Counted from the first letter of the whole stretch, positions 11,624 through 23,994 are shown. The stretch: 58,757 nt of DNA, filler included, from Nemertoderma westbladi (GCA_032718475.1; 3 parts of 3 records of this genome joined end to end with filler, not necessarily neighbours in it); one strand, 5' to 3'. Program-made: numbers and translations. The notes: a model not told the origin generated them from the letters alone.

Positions 11624-13112
11624 CTATAAATCAAATAATAATAACCATGAGCCAGTTTATTATTCAATATAGTAGGGATGCGGGCAAGGCGATCTTTACT
11701 AACGCGGGGTACTCCCACTTTAATACTTTATGCAGTCCACAGTCCAGGAACTGAACATAAAAATAACAACCAGGAATTGCAAAAAAACGCTAGGCCTACT
11801 TTAGTAGGAGTTTTAGTCTAAATTTAATAAAAATAGTGTATTTTTGACAGAAACAATAGGCCTACCGGTATACATATAAATACTTTTTCGAAATTGCACC
11901 AACTATTGAATATTTTTCTTCAAAAAATCAACCAAGTAGTAATTTAAAAATTGAAAAATGTCCTTCCAAGATAATTGCCTTTTAAGTTTAAACCCTCGCG
12001 GCCAATCTGTCTGTCTGTTGTCTGTCAATAGGTATGTAAGAATGTTGGTTAATAAATGCTTGGAACTCGAAGCACACCACCTCAAAAAGTTTCATTACTG
12101 TGGTTTCTTGGTCGGTAGTCTTGGTCTGGCGTCTGTTTAATGGTTGGCGGAACCCAAACTGTCTGCCTGTCGGTCACTCTGTCTGTTTATACATACAAAA
12201 AAAGTAAAGAGGTAGGAGAGGGCACGGCTGTGCCCAATCCCCCCCCCCCCCCATTTTTTTTCAAATTTCAATCAAATGCTACGAAACTTGGTTAGATATG
12301 TTGATATTGGATGATAATAATATTTATGAAGGTAGTTCGACACCTATTCTTACGGGCAGGGCCCGCTGGCAGGGCCGGATTTTCAATTTTCAACTGTAGT
12401 TATTTAGCTACAACAAGCCGTTAATAATGCCTATTTAGTAATCATTGCTTAAACTCCCGGGCTATATTTGTTGTCTCTGTAATGTAATCATTTGTTGTCT
12501 CTGTAATGTAATCTAGATAACATTAGAACCGGCTTCGCCTGTAGATTCCAAATCTGAAAAAAATGTGACCTCAGCAAAATACATGTTGAGGCGTATGCCG
12601 TCAATTGCCGCCGATTTTTTTACTAAATTTTAGAAAATTAATAACACATGATGAAAAAATGAACAAGGATTAAAAACTTTTCTAAAACAGCAACTAAAGT
12701 TGAGGTGGAAATTGAGACAATTTCTGTGCAAATCATTTTTGTTGAGAAAGTACAGCAGTTATAATGTAACTATAGCGTTATGTAAATTTAACTTTAGCGT
12801 CAATAATTGTTGTGTCGAAATCTGCTTAACGATTCCCTCTGCTATATCTACCGGCAATCTCCCTACAGCGGTGTCGCGTCGCTCGTACCACCAGTCCTCG
12901 ATCAGGGGTACTGCTGTGGTCGAGGGTTTGATTTGAAGAACTGGGGAAGTCCAAGATATAACTGGGTTGTTTCTCACAGTAGATTGTGCGATGGAGAATA
13001 ATAGTTATCTCAAGTCCATTGATGATAACATACAGTATGCATTGTTCACCAATAATGAAGTCTAACAAGGGACTTAAGGCCACCACGGGGGGGGGGGGGG
13101 GGGCTTTGGGGG

Positions 13113-13229
13113 CACTGCCCCCCCCCCAGACAAGACCCACTGCCCCCCCCAGACAAGACCCACAGCCCCCCCCCCCAGACAAGACCCACTGCCCCCCCCC
13201 CCCCTGACAAGACCCACTGCCCCACCCAG
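13113..13229. repeat. Short C-rich minisatellite (CACTG-C(n)-AGACAAGACC), ~5 units, next to a poly-G run
   Basis: Seen directly. Confidence 0.8.
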
Positions 13230-15936
13230 TCAGTCTTGTTCTCTTGTCTTATTAATAACACGTCGTCTTTTAGTCATGATATTGTTGGTAATCAATATTA
13301 TTGGATTCACATACTAATACTACTTCTACCCACTGACCTGACTCCCCACCATTACTTTTGGTCCAATTATAATGGCACTGGCTCTGCCCGAGCCTGTGCC
13401 GAATTACATTGTATGGTGTAGGTTATGTATTTGTTCTATGTTGCGACTCATTACTACTCAGGGCTGGAAAGTTTGTTCGCAGAATGCATCTACAGTATTT
13501 ATAGATTTTGATAGTGATTTAATTACACTATACCCTCAGACTCTAGGCCTATCAGATTGCAGCTCAATATACAGTAATTACTAAAAATACATAAAAGCTC
13601 CAGGTTTCTCTCATTGGATACCATGGCGGGTTGTTCGTTGTTAACCCATTGTCTCTAGCCAGCTTGCTGCTAATAGGCTAGGCGCTGATGGTTGCTTGCG
13701 CGCTGGATATCCATATCTTTTTGTAACTTCAACCTTAAGTTTTGGACATATTTATGCCTACAAATAGTCAAGTCGACAGCTTTAATTAAATCCGACAAAT
13801 TTATTGGCATGTCAAAATCGTAACTACAACAACTTTGCTGTTATTGACCCACTCACTTAACAGAGTGTTAGTTCGCCATAAGGCTCCGCCAACTTCGTGG
13901 CTCGCCCCACACTCTCTCAGTGGCGTAAACAGACCATGGCGAGCCGGGGCGACCGCCCCGGGGCGCCAGCCCCGGGGCGCCCACTCAAAGGGTGCCGAAG
14001 GCGCCCCTGTGGGATGAAACACTAAACGAAACACATGAAACCCCATCCACAAGTTAATTATATTTACAACGCCGTAGGCCTATTGTAAATGATATTAACG
14101 GGACAACTGAACTGGCAGAAAGAAATGAATAAGATTGGGTAGTGCAATTACATACATGAACACGGATATAGTACTATTAAATCTAGCAAATTATTTTTAT
14201 CTTGCGAAATTTAGATACTACTGTCGTCTGAGTGTAGGTTGGAGGAAAATTTTTAAATAGGAATTGCTGGTAACTTACTTGTTGGCTATTTTAGGACTCG
14301 AATTTGTTTACATCAGACTGACCGCATTTCTTCGAATTAAGAGCCCACCCCCTCGAATAAACGCTCACAGGCCAACTCATCCGAGCATCTTAATTAAATG
14401 CCTTTCCTCGAATAAACGCCACGGCGTTTATCAATATGTATTTCACCATGGACTGGAAGATAAGGTCAAAAAAGTTCCCCCCCCATAAAAAAATTCGACA
14501 AATCGCAGTGATATTTAGTGATTAATTTAGTTTTATTTTCTTGCATTTTTATACTGTGCATCTGTAATAATTTAAAATCCAAATAGTTAGCATTGATGAT
14601 AATTGTGGCGTGTCAAGTAGAAACGTACAGTACAGTATCAAAAAAAGGCGTTCTGAGAAAAACGCATTTAACGTTTTATGATATGTTTATTTTTCTTGCA
14701 AGACCCCATGGGCTAGAACGACAGTTTCTAACTCAAACTTTTACGAGGAATGCGAAAATTTTGATTTAAACCATGTAGACGCAATCCTTTGTTCGCAAAT
14801 ATCTAATGACAGAGAGATTGGCAAAATGACGGACAGTCAGAAAGGCGGACAGACAGTTTAGATTTCGTGAAATGTGAAAATTAACATCAGAAATGAAACC
14901 ACGAACCCGGAAAACCTCTTTAGCGAGAATTTTAGTTAGCCTGTATTCTTTTTTAAGGTTTGACAGACAAACAGACCGACAGACAGAAATATGAATGGAT
15001 GTCTGGTGTCGTTTTGAACTTTGAACTCATTTTGAAGAAATTATGAGCGATTACCCTTTAGTTATCGTAAAATTACTCGAAAATGGAAAATGATAGAAGA
15101 TAAGTGTTTTATACCACTAGATAGGCTGGAACATTCTCTACCAGAATCGACCATAAAAAAAATCGATTTTTCTGATACTATACTTTTCTACTTGACACGC
15201 CACAATTATAAGTAAAGCGCAACATCTTTGCTTACAAGAACAGATGTGTAATAATTTTATAATTTTTAATAAAAGTAGGTAATTAACACCTTCGCTAAGA
15301 AAAAGAAAAACTCTCTTCATCAATATTGATTTTACTTCAATTAAGTACTAAATTAACTTTCACCTTGTTATATGTCCCCCAAACCCAGTTATGGGTTTGC
15401 CCCCCCCCCCCCCCAGATTTGGCCTCTGCCCCCCAGAAAGGTCACCACCATACGGGCCGGCATGAGAGACCAAGTGCTACATATTAACACCTTTCACTCA
15501 CCTCATTGTTTGGGCAGTCGCAAGCTACAATATTATTGTAATATTATTATAATATTATCTGTACTAAACATCTATGTGGGGTAGCTCAGCTCCGCCAACT
15601 AAAAAATTCCTACAGAGCAAGCCTATGAGCTGCGCTCGTAGGCTGGAGCCTGTACTATCTGGCCAGAAAGCTAAAAGATGTTACTTTTTTTTTTACAAAA
15701 GTATATTGATATATTTATTTGAAGCTACAATGTTACGGAAACAAGAATCATTATTAATTTCTAGAAGTAAGTAAGTAATTGTAAATTATTGAATTTTTTA
15801 CCTTCGCCCAAGAACATTACTATATTTTGTTTACTATAATAAATGAATTATTTGAATAAGTTAGAACTATTTTATGAAACTATTTAGGTCTAATTGCCTT
15901 AATTAATAACTTACGAGCCAAACACACAGTACAAAA

Positions 15937-17106
15937 ATGAAAACTTATGTGATTAACGGGATTCCTAGTAACGATGAGGAAGTAATTAAACAACGCGATC
16001 GCGAGAAACACATCGATGACGTGGCACTGGTTCTCGATTGCACCGCCAACACCAGACACCCGCACCTAGTGCACCACGGGTGTACAAGCATGCTCCTTCG
16101 TTTCAACAACCTCAAAACTTTCACCCTCCAGAATTTCAATTGTGACCGCCTACCTGAGTACATTATCGGCAAGCTCTGCGACATGCTAGCCAATCAGACG
16201 AAGATGCAGAGTTTTAGCGCTGAAAACTGTGTCGTATCCGAATCGGAAGGATGGCGACTGTTGGAGAGTCTGGCGACACACTGCACGCTTACATTGCAGC
16301 GGTTAGTGGTTGACGAATTCAAAGTCAGCAAAGTCCCAATGTTTAGAGATCGTCGCTTCAGGGAAGAGTTGTTGAAATTTCAAAATCTAAGAGATGTGCA
16401 ACTCAGTTACCACTGCTTCAGCGAAAAAGTTCTCAAGGGTTTAGTCGAGAGGAACCACTCGCTACACACGCTCACCTTGATATTCCGAAGCCACCACCCA
16501 ATGCCAGGGGAGCTATTGTTCGACCCATGGGCCGCTGTGACGCGCAATAACCCATCTGTCGGTGTTCGCTTTATCGTGGAAGGCGTTCTAGAACCACATA
16601 AACTCGAAAGAATTCTCTCCGGTACGCCTCCAGCTAGAGAGCTTTCCATCGTTGGATCGGCCTTGAATCGCTTCGATTCCTGCAACACCATTAACTTCTT
16701 ATCAAAATCTTTTGCTAAAACTTTGGTTCGCTTTACTTTGCAATTCGATGGCAACACCCCGATGAGAAAAGAGTTCGTCGAGATGTTGAAGAAATGCCAT
16801 CAGATCGCCGATGTCTATATTACGGCACCTGTATGTGTGGAAGCCATCGATCTCATCTGCCGGAATAAGTTTCGCTACGAAACGATGCCCTGTCTCCGAG
16901 TCCTCCACATCTTTATGACTCAAAAGTTGGCTCCAGATGAGGTGCGACACTTGTCCAGGGTTTACAACAGCTGGGATGATGAGCTGGCCACCCGCGGTGT
17001 CGACTATCGGTTCCTGCCTTACAGAGTCGGCAGCGGGAAGAGACTGAAGAGCGTCAAACAGATAGTGTACGAGCTACAGGGATACGATTACCTTAAAGAG
17101 ACATGA
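15937..17106 (+). CDS. Intronless FBXO39-like leucine-rich-repeat protein nested antisense in a GluN1 intron; no F-box visible
   Basis: 389-aa ORF; the segment QNLRDVQLSYHCFSEKVLKGL...TLTLIFRSHHP...W...V.F..E...LERIL resembles, from memory, the LRR region of F-box only protein 39. Confidence 0.65.
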   Translation: MKTYVINGIPSNDEEVIKQRDREKHIDDVALVLDCTANTRHPHLVHHGCTSMLLRFNNLKTFTLQNFNCDRLPEYIIGKLCDMLANQTKMQSFSAENCVVSESEGWRLLESLATHCTLTLQRLVVDEFKVSKVPMFRDRRFREELLKFQNLRDVQLSYHCFSEKVLKGLVERNHSLHTLTLIFRSHHPMPGELLFDPWAAVTRNNPSVGVRFIVEGVLEPHKLERILSGTPPARELSIVGSALNRFDSCNTINFLSKSFAKTLVRFTLQFDGNTPMRKEFVEMLKKCHQIADVYITAPVCVEAIDLICRNKFRYETMPCLRVLHIFMTQKLAPDEVRHLSRVYNSWDDELATRGVDYRFLPYRVGSGKRLKSVKQIVYELQGYDYLKET

Positions 17107-18671
17107 AATAATTTAATATTATATTATACTGTCTGGAACCTGGAATCCATCAAAACATTAATATGTATCTTCGTTGTTCGAAATAATAACTATCATTATT
17201 TACGTGCCTCAATAAAAATACAACAATTAAAGTATTATTTACTATTCCCGGTTCTATCTCTCTCTCTCTCATGAAATTAAAAAACAAAATAAAGAGTTAT
17301 AAACGCTCAGCTAAAAAGTCATTAATATTCTAGAATAATGACAAAGAACATTAGAATTATATCTATTAACATGTCAAAATATACACCTTAGAAGTTTGAT
17401 AATATCGTTGGCAATTTTTCATGAAATTAAATTATTATTTATTACATGGGAAAAAAAGTAGAACTTTTTTCACTATTCTTGAGGCATTTTCGCATTTTAT
17501 TTCCCGAGCGTTAGCGAGGTTAGGATCGAGAGAATATTGAAAAAAAATGTTCTACGTTTTTTTTCCCATGTAATACGTAATTCCCATATAATTCGAAATA
17601 TCCTAGAATGCTTCACACTAACATTAAAAAGAAGTAGCTAGTAAACTATACACATTATTTAGAGCAAAATGAAAATGTTGGCACGGGCGGAACTCTAGCC
17701 CGTAATTTTATTCTTAAATTGGTACTTGTTTGTTGCTTAATTCTTATAATAAAACGTACAGCGATATAGTGGTACAAAATAAATTGAACTACAACTGTAT
17801 AGTATTTTACTATATTGCGTCCATAGTTACAGCGATTCAAATTATTGTACTCTTCAACTCCTGATGCTGCCTTACTCAACGTGAAATAATTTAGTGTTCT
17901 CGAATATTTATTACGTAACTATAGATAGCCGTTTTTAACTACATAATAAACCAACAACGGATATTGAGTTCCGTTTTGGAGTTCGCCTTACAGACACTAA
18001 AGTTGCAATAACTTTAGAGTGCGTGCAAGAATTTAGCTCAAATTACGTGCAAACCATTTCTACGCCAATGCTCTTTCACTAAAATGAATGCTTTCTAATG
18101 CAAAATGCCTTTGCAATGTGCAAAAAATGCATTTATAATGCCTTTGCAATTCTCTAAAAAATTCCACCAAAATATTTTATTTTACTTTTTTAGCCGGGAA
18201 AAAAAGTAAAATCAATGCAATCCTATGGGATACTTTTTTTCCTATGGAAAAAAAGTGAAACATTTTCTCCCGATTTTGGTCAAAATTCGAGCGAAAAGGT
18301 AACAATTTAAGAATAAAACCGTTTTCATATGCGGAATCTGCAGATGAAGGCGGTTCTAATGATATTTAGAATTTGCAAAAAAAACATCCTGAGGTGGTGA
18401 AGTACATATTGCTAAATAGGCATATTTTAACGGTTTGTTCTAACTAAATAATTTAGAAATTAAAAAATCCGGACAGGCCAGCAGTTATAAAAGATGTCGA
18501 AAAATCTGTATACCAAACTTGATAGCATTTGATTGAAAACTGAAATAAAATGAGAGGGTCCGACCTGCTAGAAAACGTTGAATTACGGATGAATGAATGT
18601 AATAATAGGTTCAACTGTAAATTAAATGTAAAATTATTTAATATAAATATGTGTGTTTTAGAATTGCTGAC

Positions 18672-18842
18672 CCGTTTTACTAAAATCGTGAATCCCTGAT
18701 GTTTAAAGGGGTTAGTGAAATCGACGACAGACGATCGCTTGGGGGCGTACGTTAGAGGCCCGACCACAATGTCGGCCTCACCGTACAGCAGTTCACCGAT
18801 CGCACCATTCCAGTAAGAGTTTGGCGTAAACGTAACCATATC
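18672..18842 (-). CDS. GRIN1: NMDA receptor GluN1-like exon: end of S1
   Basis: DMVTFTPNSYWNGAIGELLYGEADIVVGPLTYAPKRSSVVDFTNPFKHQGFTILVKR; acceptor tttcctag, donor gtcagc; 171 nt, phase 0-0. Confidence 0.9.
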
Positions 18843-19147
18843 CTAGGAAATTTGAAACTGCTAATAACAATTTAATTATTAGAAATCCCATTAATCCCCG
18901 CAAAACAGATACATTAGATCGCTTAAAATAAGTTGGTGGAATATTATAATGATAATTGTTTTCAAATAATCACGCATGTGCACGAAACTGATTAGTTTAG
19001 TTCAATTACACATGATAATATGGAAGCCAATTTTATATGAAAGAGGATCAATTCCATTTTCTTTTCAAACTGATAATAAACAACAACATACACGATACAG
19101 TACATTGTACAGCCAGCCATTCCATATATCAATAGACAGAAACTTAC

Positions 19148-19275
19148 ATATTCCTCTATAAGTTGGCCAGCCAAATTTGGATACAAGTAGCTGAGTTCGA
19201 AGGTGAAGTTTGATTCCTGCGCTAGTGTGACTAACAAATCAATACAATAACCCGAACAACAGTAAACATCTGTAT
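19148..19275 (-). CDS. GRIN1: NMDA receptor GluN1-like exon: S1 (CCxGxCIDLL)
   Basis: (D)TDVYCCSGYCIDLLVTLAQESNFTFELSYLYPNLAGQLIEEY; donor gtaagt; tandem in-frame acceptors give a start at 19275 or 19269. Confidence 0.88.
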
Positions 19276-19824
19276 CTAAAATAAATGATTTTAACATCCG
19301 TTTCTTATAGAGAGAAACATAATAAAAATGTGAAATAGTACCATTGTGTTATGATTAAGTTTAAGTAAGATAATATACCATGTAATAAGTTTAATATCAA
19401 TGTTGAAATAGCTACTGCTAAATATTAGTTTGTTCGAAACGAGCAATATCAAAGAAAAATACTTATAAAACCACACCATTAACGTACTTATTTACAACAT
19501 ACTGAAACAACGAGCCAGGGGGGGGGGGTGGGGGGGGGGGGGGGGTAACTCGACGCAAATCTCATCTTGGCGAATTAATATCCCGCCTCAATGTTAAATT
19601 CTCAAATTATGGAAGGCGTGGCACGTTATTTTAACCAAAACAATAAACTAAACACAATAAAACAGGTTACAGTTTGATTTTTGAGAGTAATCAGCTGTTA
19701 TTTGCGTCGAATTTCTCCCGGAGAGGGATGAAATTGTATTGCCTCCAGCCCCCCCCCCCCCCCCCCCCCACCCCCCCCCCCCCCCCTCCCTATCTGGAAA
19801 CAATACAGTAGAAGGCTTACTTAC

Positions 19825-20032
19825 CTCCATTAGATGAATGCCTCTTACAAGGGAGAACCGAAGATTTAAACGGTCTAGACCAATGTCTATTGAGTCGGTT
19901 TGGCGGAAGTTCATCCAAAAATGACATATCGGAGACAGGTACGTTGGACCCGTCTCGAGGTAGAATACTGCAGTCACCGCCAGATGGCATCTCTTGAGTT
20001 ATAATGAATGGAGTTTCAATCACTAAAGTTAC
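19825..20032 (-). CDS. GRIN1: NMDA receptor GluN1-like exon: start of S1 and loop 1
   Basis: VTLVIETPFIITQEMPSGGDC...VLPCKRHSSNG; acceptor tttgatag, donor gtaagt; phase 1 end joins the next exon in frame. Confidence 0.8.
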
Positions 20033-21227
20033 CTATCAAAGGGAACAAATTATTAAAATATTTTCTTTACCAACAAAAATAGAAAGCGATATTTTTCTCA
20101 GGGGCGTGTTATAATGATAATAGTGATACTGTCCCAGATCGTACAGCTTTCTTCTGAATTTATTTCACGAAAACTGTAAATAATTATGTCCATATCGGTA
20201 ATTTAATATTTCTTCTGCGTTTTGCTGATAATGGTATCTGTCATCCAATTGTCGTTCGTTATCAGTAATCACTTCTAAGGAATTGTTTTCTAAGGGACAA
20301 AAGCCAATGTCATACTTTATTAATCACAAAATACGAGATGATAATACGAGATACACTCTTAGAAAGGCGAATCAACATTACTCTTTAACACAATCTCAAA
20401 CAAAAAAAAAACATCAGTTCTAAAAAACATCTAAACTAAAAATCTTATGAACTCATAATTTATTACTGCGCTGAAAACGTCGATTATAAATAACCAGATT
20501 AGCTTTAAAATCTTCTATTCCAAAACATGAACATTGTAGACAATACGTTTACAGCGTGTTGTATGTAATGTACAACAACACTATGGATCTCGCCGTTTAC
20601 AATGCAGACAACACTGTAAACATTGCAGAAGAGTTCGATACACAGTGATTTAGAGCAAATAACGATACTGCGAGTCACACGGCGACATTCGCTGGAATAT
20701 AAACGTAAATTAAGATTTACCTACTTACTCATACTCAACAGTGAAGAGATAAATAATACGAAGACAATTTATCACAAGGGTGAATTAGTACGTCTACGGA
20801 TAAATTAAATATATTTTGTTTAATAGACCTTGACAGTATTCTGACACTCGTGTCGTGTCTGTCTGTATTTGTAGTCACTACGTCCGTTCGACGTTAAATA
20901 AATAGTTACTAAAAAGCTTTGGTTTATTAGCAACCAATATAATCGTTAAAACACTAAAAATTGCTAGAATATAATTTTATTAATTAAAGTCACGAAGCCA
21001 CAGCGGCGACATAACGGAATGAAATAACAATCGTAATCAAACTCAGTAAATTATATTTAGCGTAAAAATAAATACAAACGTAAACAAACATTAGATTTAT
21101 AATATAAATTAATTATATTTACAAACACAATTACATTACATGTGGTTACAGGATGTATTTATACATCTAAAGTTTTCCGATTAGGATAATTTATTGCAGT
21201 TTCAGTGTTACTGTAGGTAGTATCGGC

Positions 21228-21956
21228 TTAACGTGGTCCCCCGATACTGGATGTCGAGTGGACACTTGGTGCTAGGCCTTCCTCTTGGGGTCTACCGAGA
21301 CTGGTACGGGAAGACGGACCGCTCAAGGTGCCCCCGTCGGGTCGGCCTAGACTGCTCCGCGACGCCCCCCTGCGGGGACCCCCATCATCCGATCGGAGCC
21401 CTATTATAGACGCCTCATCCTGCTCCCGTCTCGCGTTCAATCGCGCCATCAACGTCTGAACAAACTCCCGGAACTCGGAACGCAAGCCCTCGGGGTCGTC
21501 CTCGATGTTGGACGCGAAACTCGGACACTTGGCGAGAAGTCCGGAGGGTTCGGACCTGTTCCGATCGCCGACTCCCGGCCTCCGATGCCCCAACACCAGA
21601 CACTGCGAGTCGCGGAGCTGCTGACTAGCTATAAAGTATTTATAGAAGACGTCTAGATCGCGATCGTGACCGGGTTCATCCGGGTTGTAGACGAGGACAA
21701 CCGCGTTGACATCCTGAGCGATCGCTGGCCAGCACTGCTCGAACCGGTGGTCTCCACTACAATCCCACAATTCAATCTCAGCCGTCGTCTTCTTCCTGTC
21801 CAACTGGACGTTTTTAATTTCGAACTCGAGTATTCGAACTCCCTGAGTGGGTCGGTATTCCCCACTTGTGTTCTCCGTGGCTTCCGCTAAAAAGTTGGAC
21901 AGAGTCGTTTTGCCAGCTCCGCAAGGACCCAGAACACAGATTTTGGCTTTCAACAT
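21228..21956 (-). CDS. IFT22: Intraflagellar transport protein 22 (Rab-like 5), intronless, with C-terminal extension
   Basis: MLKAKICVLGPCGAGKT P-loop, YRPTQGVRILEFE, IELWDCSGD, FEQCWPA and a REQDEASII end motif, all typical of IFT22/RABL5. Confidence 0.93.
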   Translation of the reverse strand: MLKAKICVLGPCGAGKTTLSNFLAEATENTSGEYRPTQGVRILEFEIKNVQLDRKKTTAEIELWDCSGDHRFEQCWPAIAQDVNAVVLVYNPDEPGHDRDLDVFYKYFIASQQLRDSQCLVLGHRRPGVGDRNRSEPSGLLAKCPSFASNIEDDPEGLRSEFREFVQTLMARLNARREQDEASIIGLRSDDGGPRRGASRSSLGRPDGGTLSGPSSRTSLGRPQEEGLAPSVHSTSSIGGPR

Positions 21957-22112
21957 GGCGATTTTCGATCAAGCCTCTACCGGTAGATTATCGGTACCGA
22001 TCGAACCTAGTACCGGTATAGTAGTATAGTACAGTAGTATCATCTACCGGTACACTGGTACATACAGACAACCTAACATCGAAGTCTGGCCAGAACTTTT
22101 GTTTATATTAGT

Positions 22113-22125
22113 GTATCCTAGCAAC
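22113..22125. promoter_or_regulatory. X-box-like (RFX) motif upstream of IFT22
   Basis: GTATCCTAGCAAC, ~157 bp upstream of the IFT22 ATG; IFT genes are established RFX targets. Confidence 0.5.
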
Positions 22126-22206
22126 GAGATTGAAAATCTTTGGGTTGTTAACAACAAACTGTTAATTGAAATTGTTGTACTCAATCATTAATTTGCATAG
22201 TTAGTA

Positions 22207-23840
22207 CAACATGTCCTGGAATACAGTGTCGCAAATCAGTGACAAGCACACCCCCCCCCCCCCCAACCCCCCCCCCCCACCCCCCCCCCCCGAAAATTGT
22301 TCTACAAATCTTACACCATGCCCTGGAATATAGTGTCGATATTCTGGAACCTGCCCCCCACCCCCACCCCCCAAACTTCTCTACAAATCTTAATCTTAAT
22401 ATAAATCTTAATACTTAATAAGTTTCACTCAACACCACCTGACTGGGTGAGCCAGAATTTTTATTTTTCCGTGTCGCAGCATCCGAGTGGATACGGCGCC
22501 TGAACTGCTTACACAATAGTGTTTGGTAGCGCAGGTTCGAATCCGACAAAAGGCAGTAGAAATTTCGAACTGTTGTGTCCCCAGACAAGATACTTTAGAC
22601 ATTAGTGCCTACGCCAACCCAGCGGTATAATGGGAACCTGGCTTTGCTGGGGTAATGATAATAAAATATATGCATGTATGTATGCTGAGCGTAGAAAAGC
22701 GCTATATAAATAACAAATATTATTATTTTTATTATTATTATTATTTTGCTTTCAATCTTTAGCTTTAGCTACAAGGGTTAAAAAAAAAGTGTCTCCGGCG
22801 ATATTACACGAGTCCCACCGCAGTTATTCTAGCTCTGTTTGTTGGTACTGATAGAAAGATGACTGTGCGTGCAAGGATTCCAAATATGTCAAAACATTTG
22901 AATTATTGGTTGTGTAACAGCTGAGCTATATGCATGCATACATGCATTCGAATGTTGCATGTATTTGCTACCGCTGCAGGCCATTTATTATATTTAATAA
23001 ATACATCATGTTCTAGAAAATTTTGATTATGTTGCTACTTAATAGTATAATTAAAGAGGTATTGCATTGTTGCCCAGCCACGTATGGGATAAACAAAATG
23101 TTCCAGAATATGGTACATTTATTAAATAGAACAAAATGGCCTGCAGGGGAAGCAAATACATGCAAATTTCAAATGCCCATATCTCAGCTATTTTTCAACG
23201 AAATTCAAATGTTTTACATATTATTAGGAATCCTTGCATGGGCAGCTTTCTATTGGTACTAACGAATCACATACACGAATACAGTCTATTTAATAAATAA
23301 TACCATGCTTTAGAACATTTTGTTTATCTCATAAGTAGCTGGGCAACAATGCAATGCCTATAATAATAATACAAGTACATGGATATTCATACGTAAACAA
23401 ATGTTCTAGAACATGGCGTATTTATTAAATTTAATAAATGGCCTGAAAGCGGTAGTAAATACATGCAACGTTTGAATGCCCATAATAACTCAGCTATTTC
23501 CCAACCAAATTAAAATATTTTCACATATTTGGAATTCTTGCACGACCAGCTTTCCATTGCTAACAACAGATTTCTATAAGGTGGAAGAATAACTGGAGTG
23601 TAACTGGTGTAATATCGTTGGAGAAACGTCTTTTCGTTTTCAAACGCTGGTAGCTAAAATTTAAAGAGAAAATAAAAACTCTGACTCACCCACTTCGGAG
23701 GAGGTAGAAAACTATCTCTGTATCAAATTCCATGAAATCTCATTAATATTTGTAGAAAAAAAATGTATTTTTTTTCTTGGGGGGGCTGAATGAATGAGTG
23801 GATGTCACTGAATTACGACATTATATTCCAGGACATCGTG
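22207..23840. mobile_element. Long foldback MITE, same family as 46648..47525, carrying a SINE in its left arm
   Basis: Left ATGTCCTGGAATACAGTGTCGCAAATCAGTGACA pairs with right TGTCACTGAATTACGACATTATATTCCAGGACAT; internal arms are also inverted. Confidence 0.75.
22471..22746 (+). mobile_element. tRNA-derived SINE
   Basis: Degenerate A box (..CCGAGTGG, to 22490), B box GGTTCGAATCC (22534-22544), LINE-like 3' end AAAAGCGCTATATAAAT and (ATT)n tail; it interrupts the host MITE arm. Confidence 0.8.
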
Positions 23841-23994
23841 CATGTATTATTGTCGGAGGCCGGGTCCAAAAAATGTTATCTAGACTTGTTTTGACACTTA
23901 CCCCCCATCCCTTAAATTAAAAAAAGAAGACATAATTCTCAATTTTATTAAACCTGTTGGCTTTGAACATCACAGCACAATAATAGGCCTACTT

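Noticed and set aside
20060-20280. Candidate upstream GluN1 exon in frame with exon 19825-20032
   Set aside because: Contains in-frame stops and shows no recognisable ATD or linker similarity.
22471-22560. Possible tRNA gene
   Set aside because: The A box is degenerate, there is no acceptor stem closure, and it continues into a SINE body and tail.
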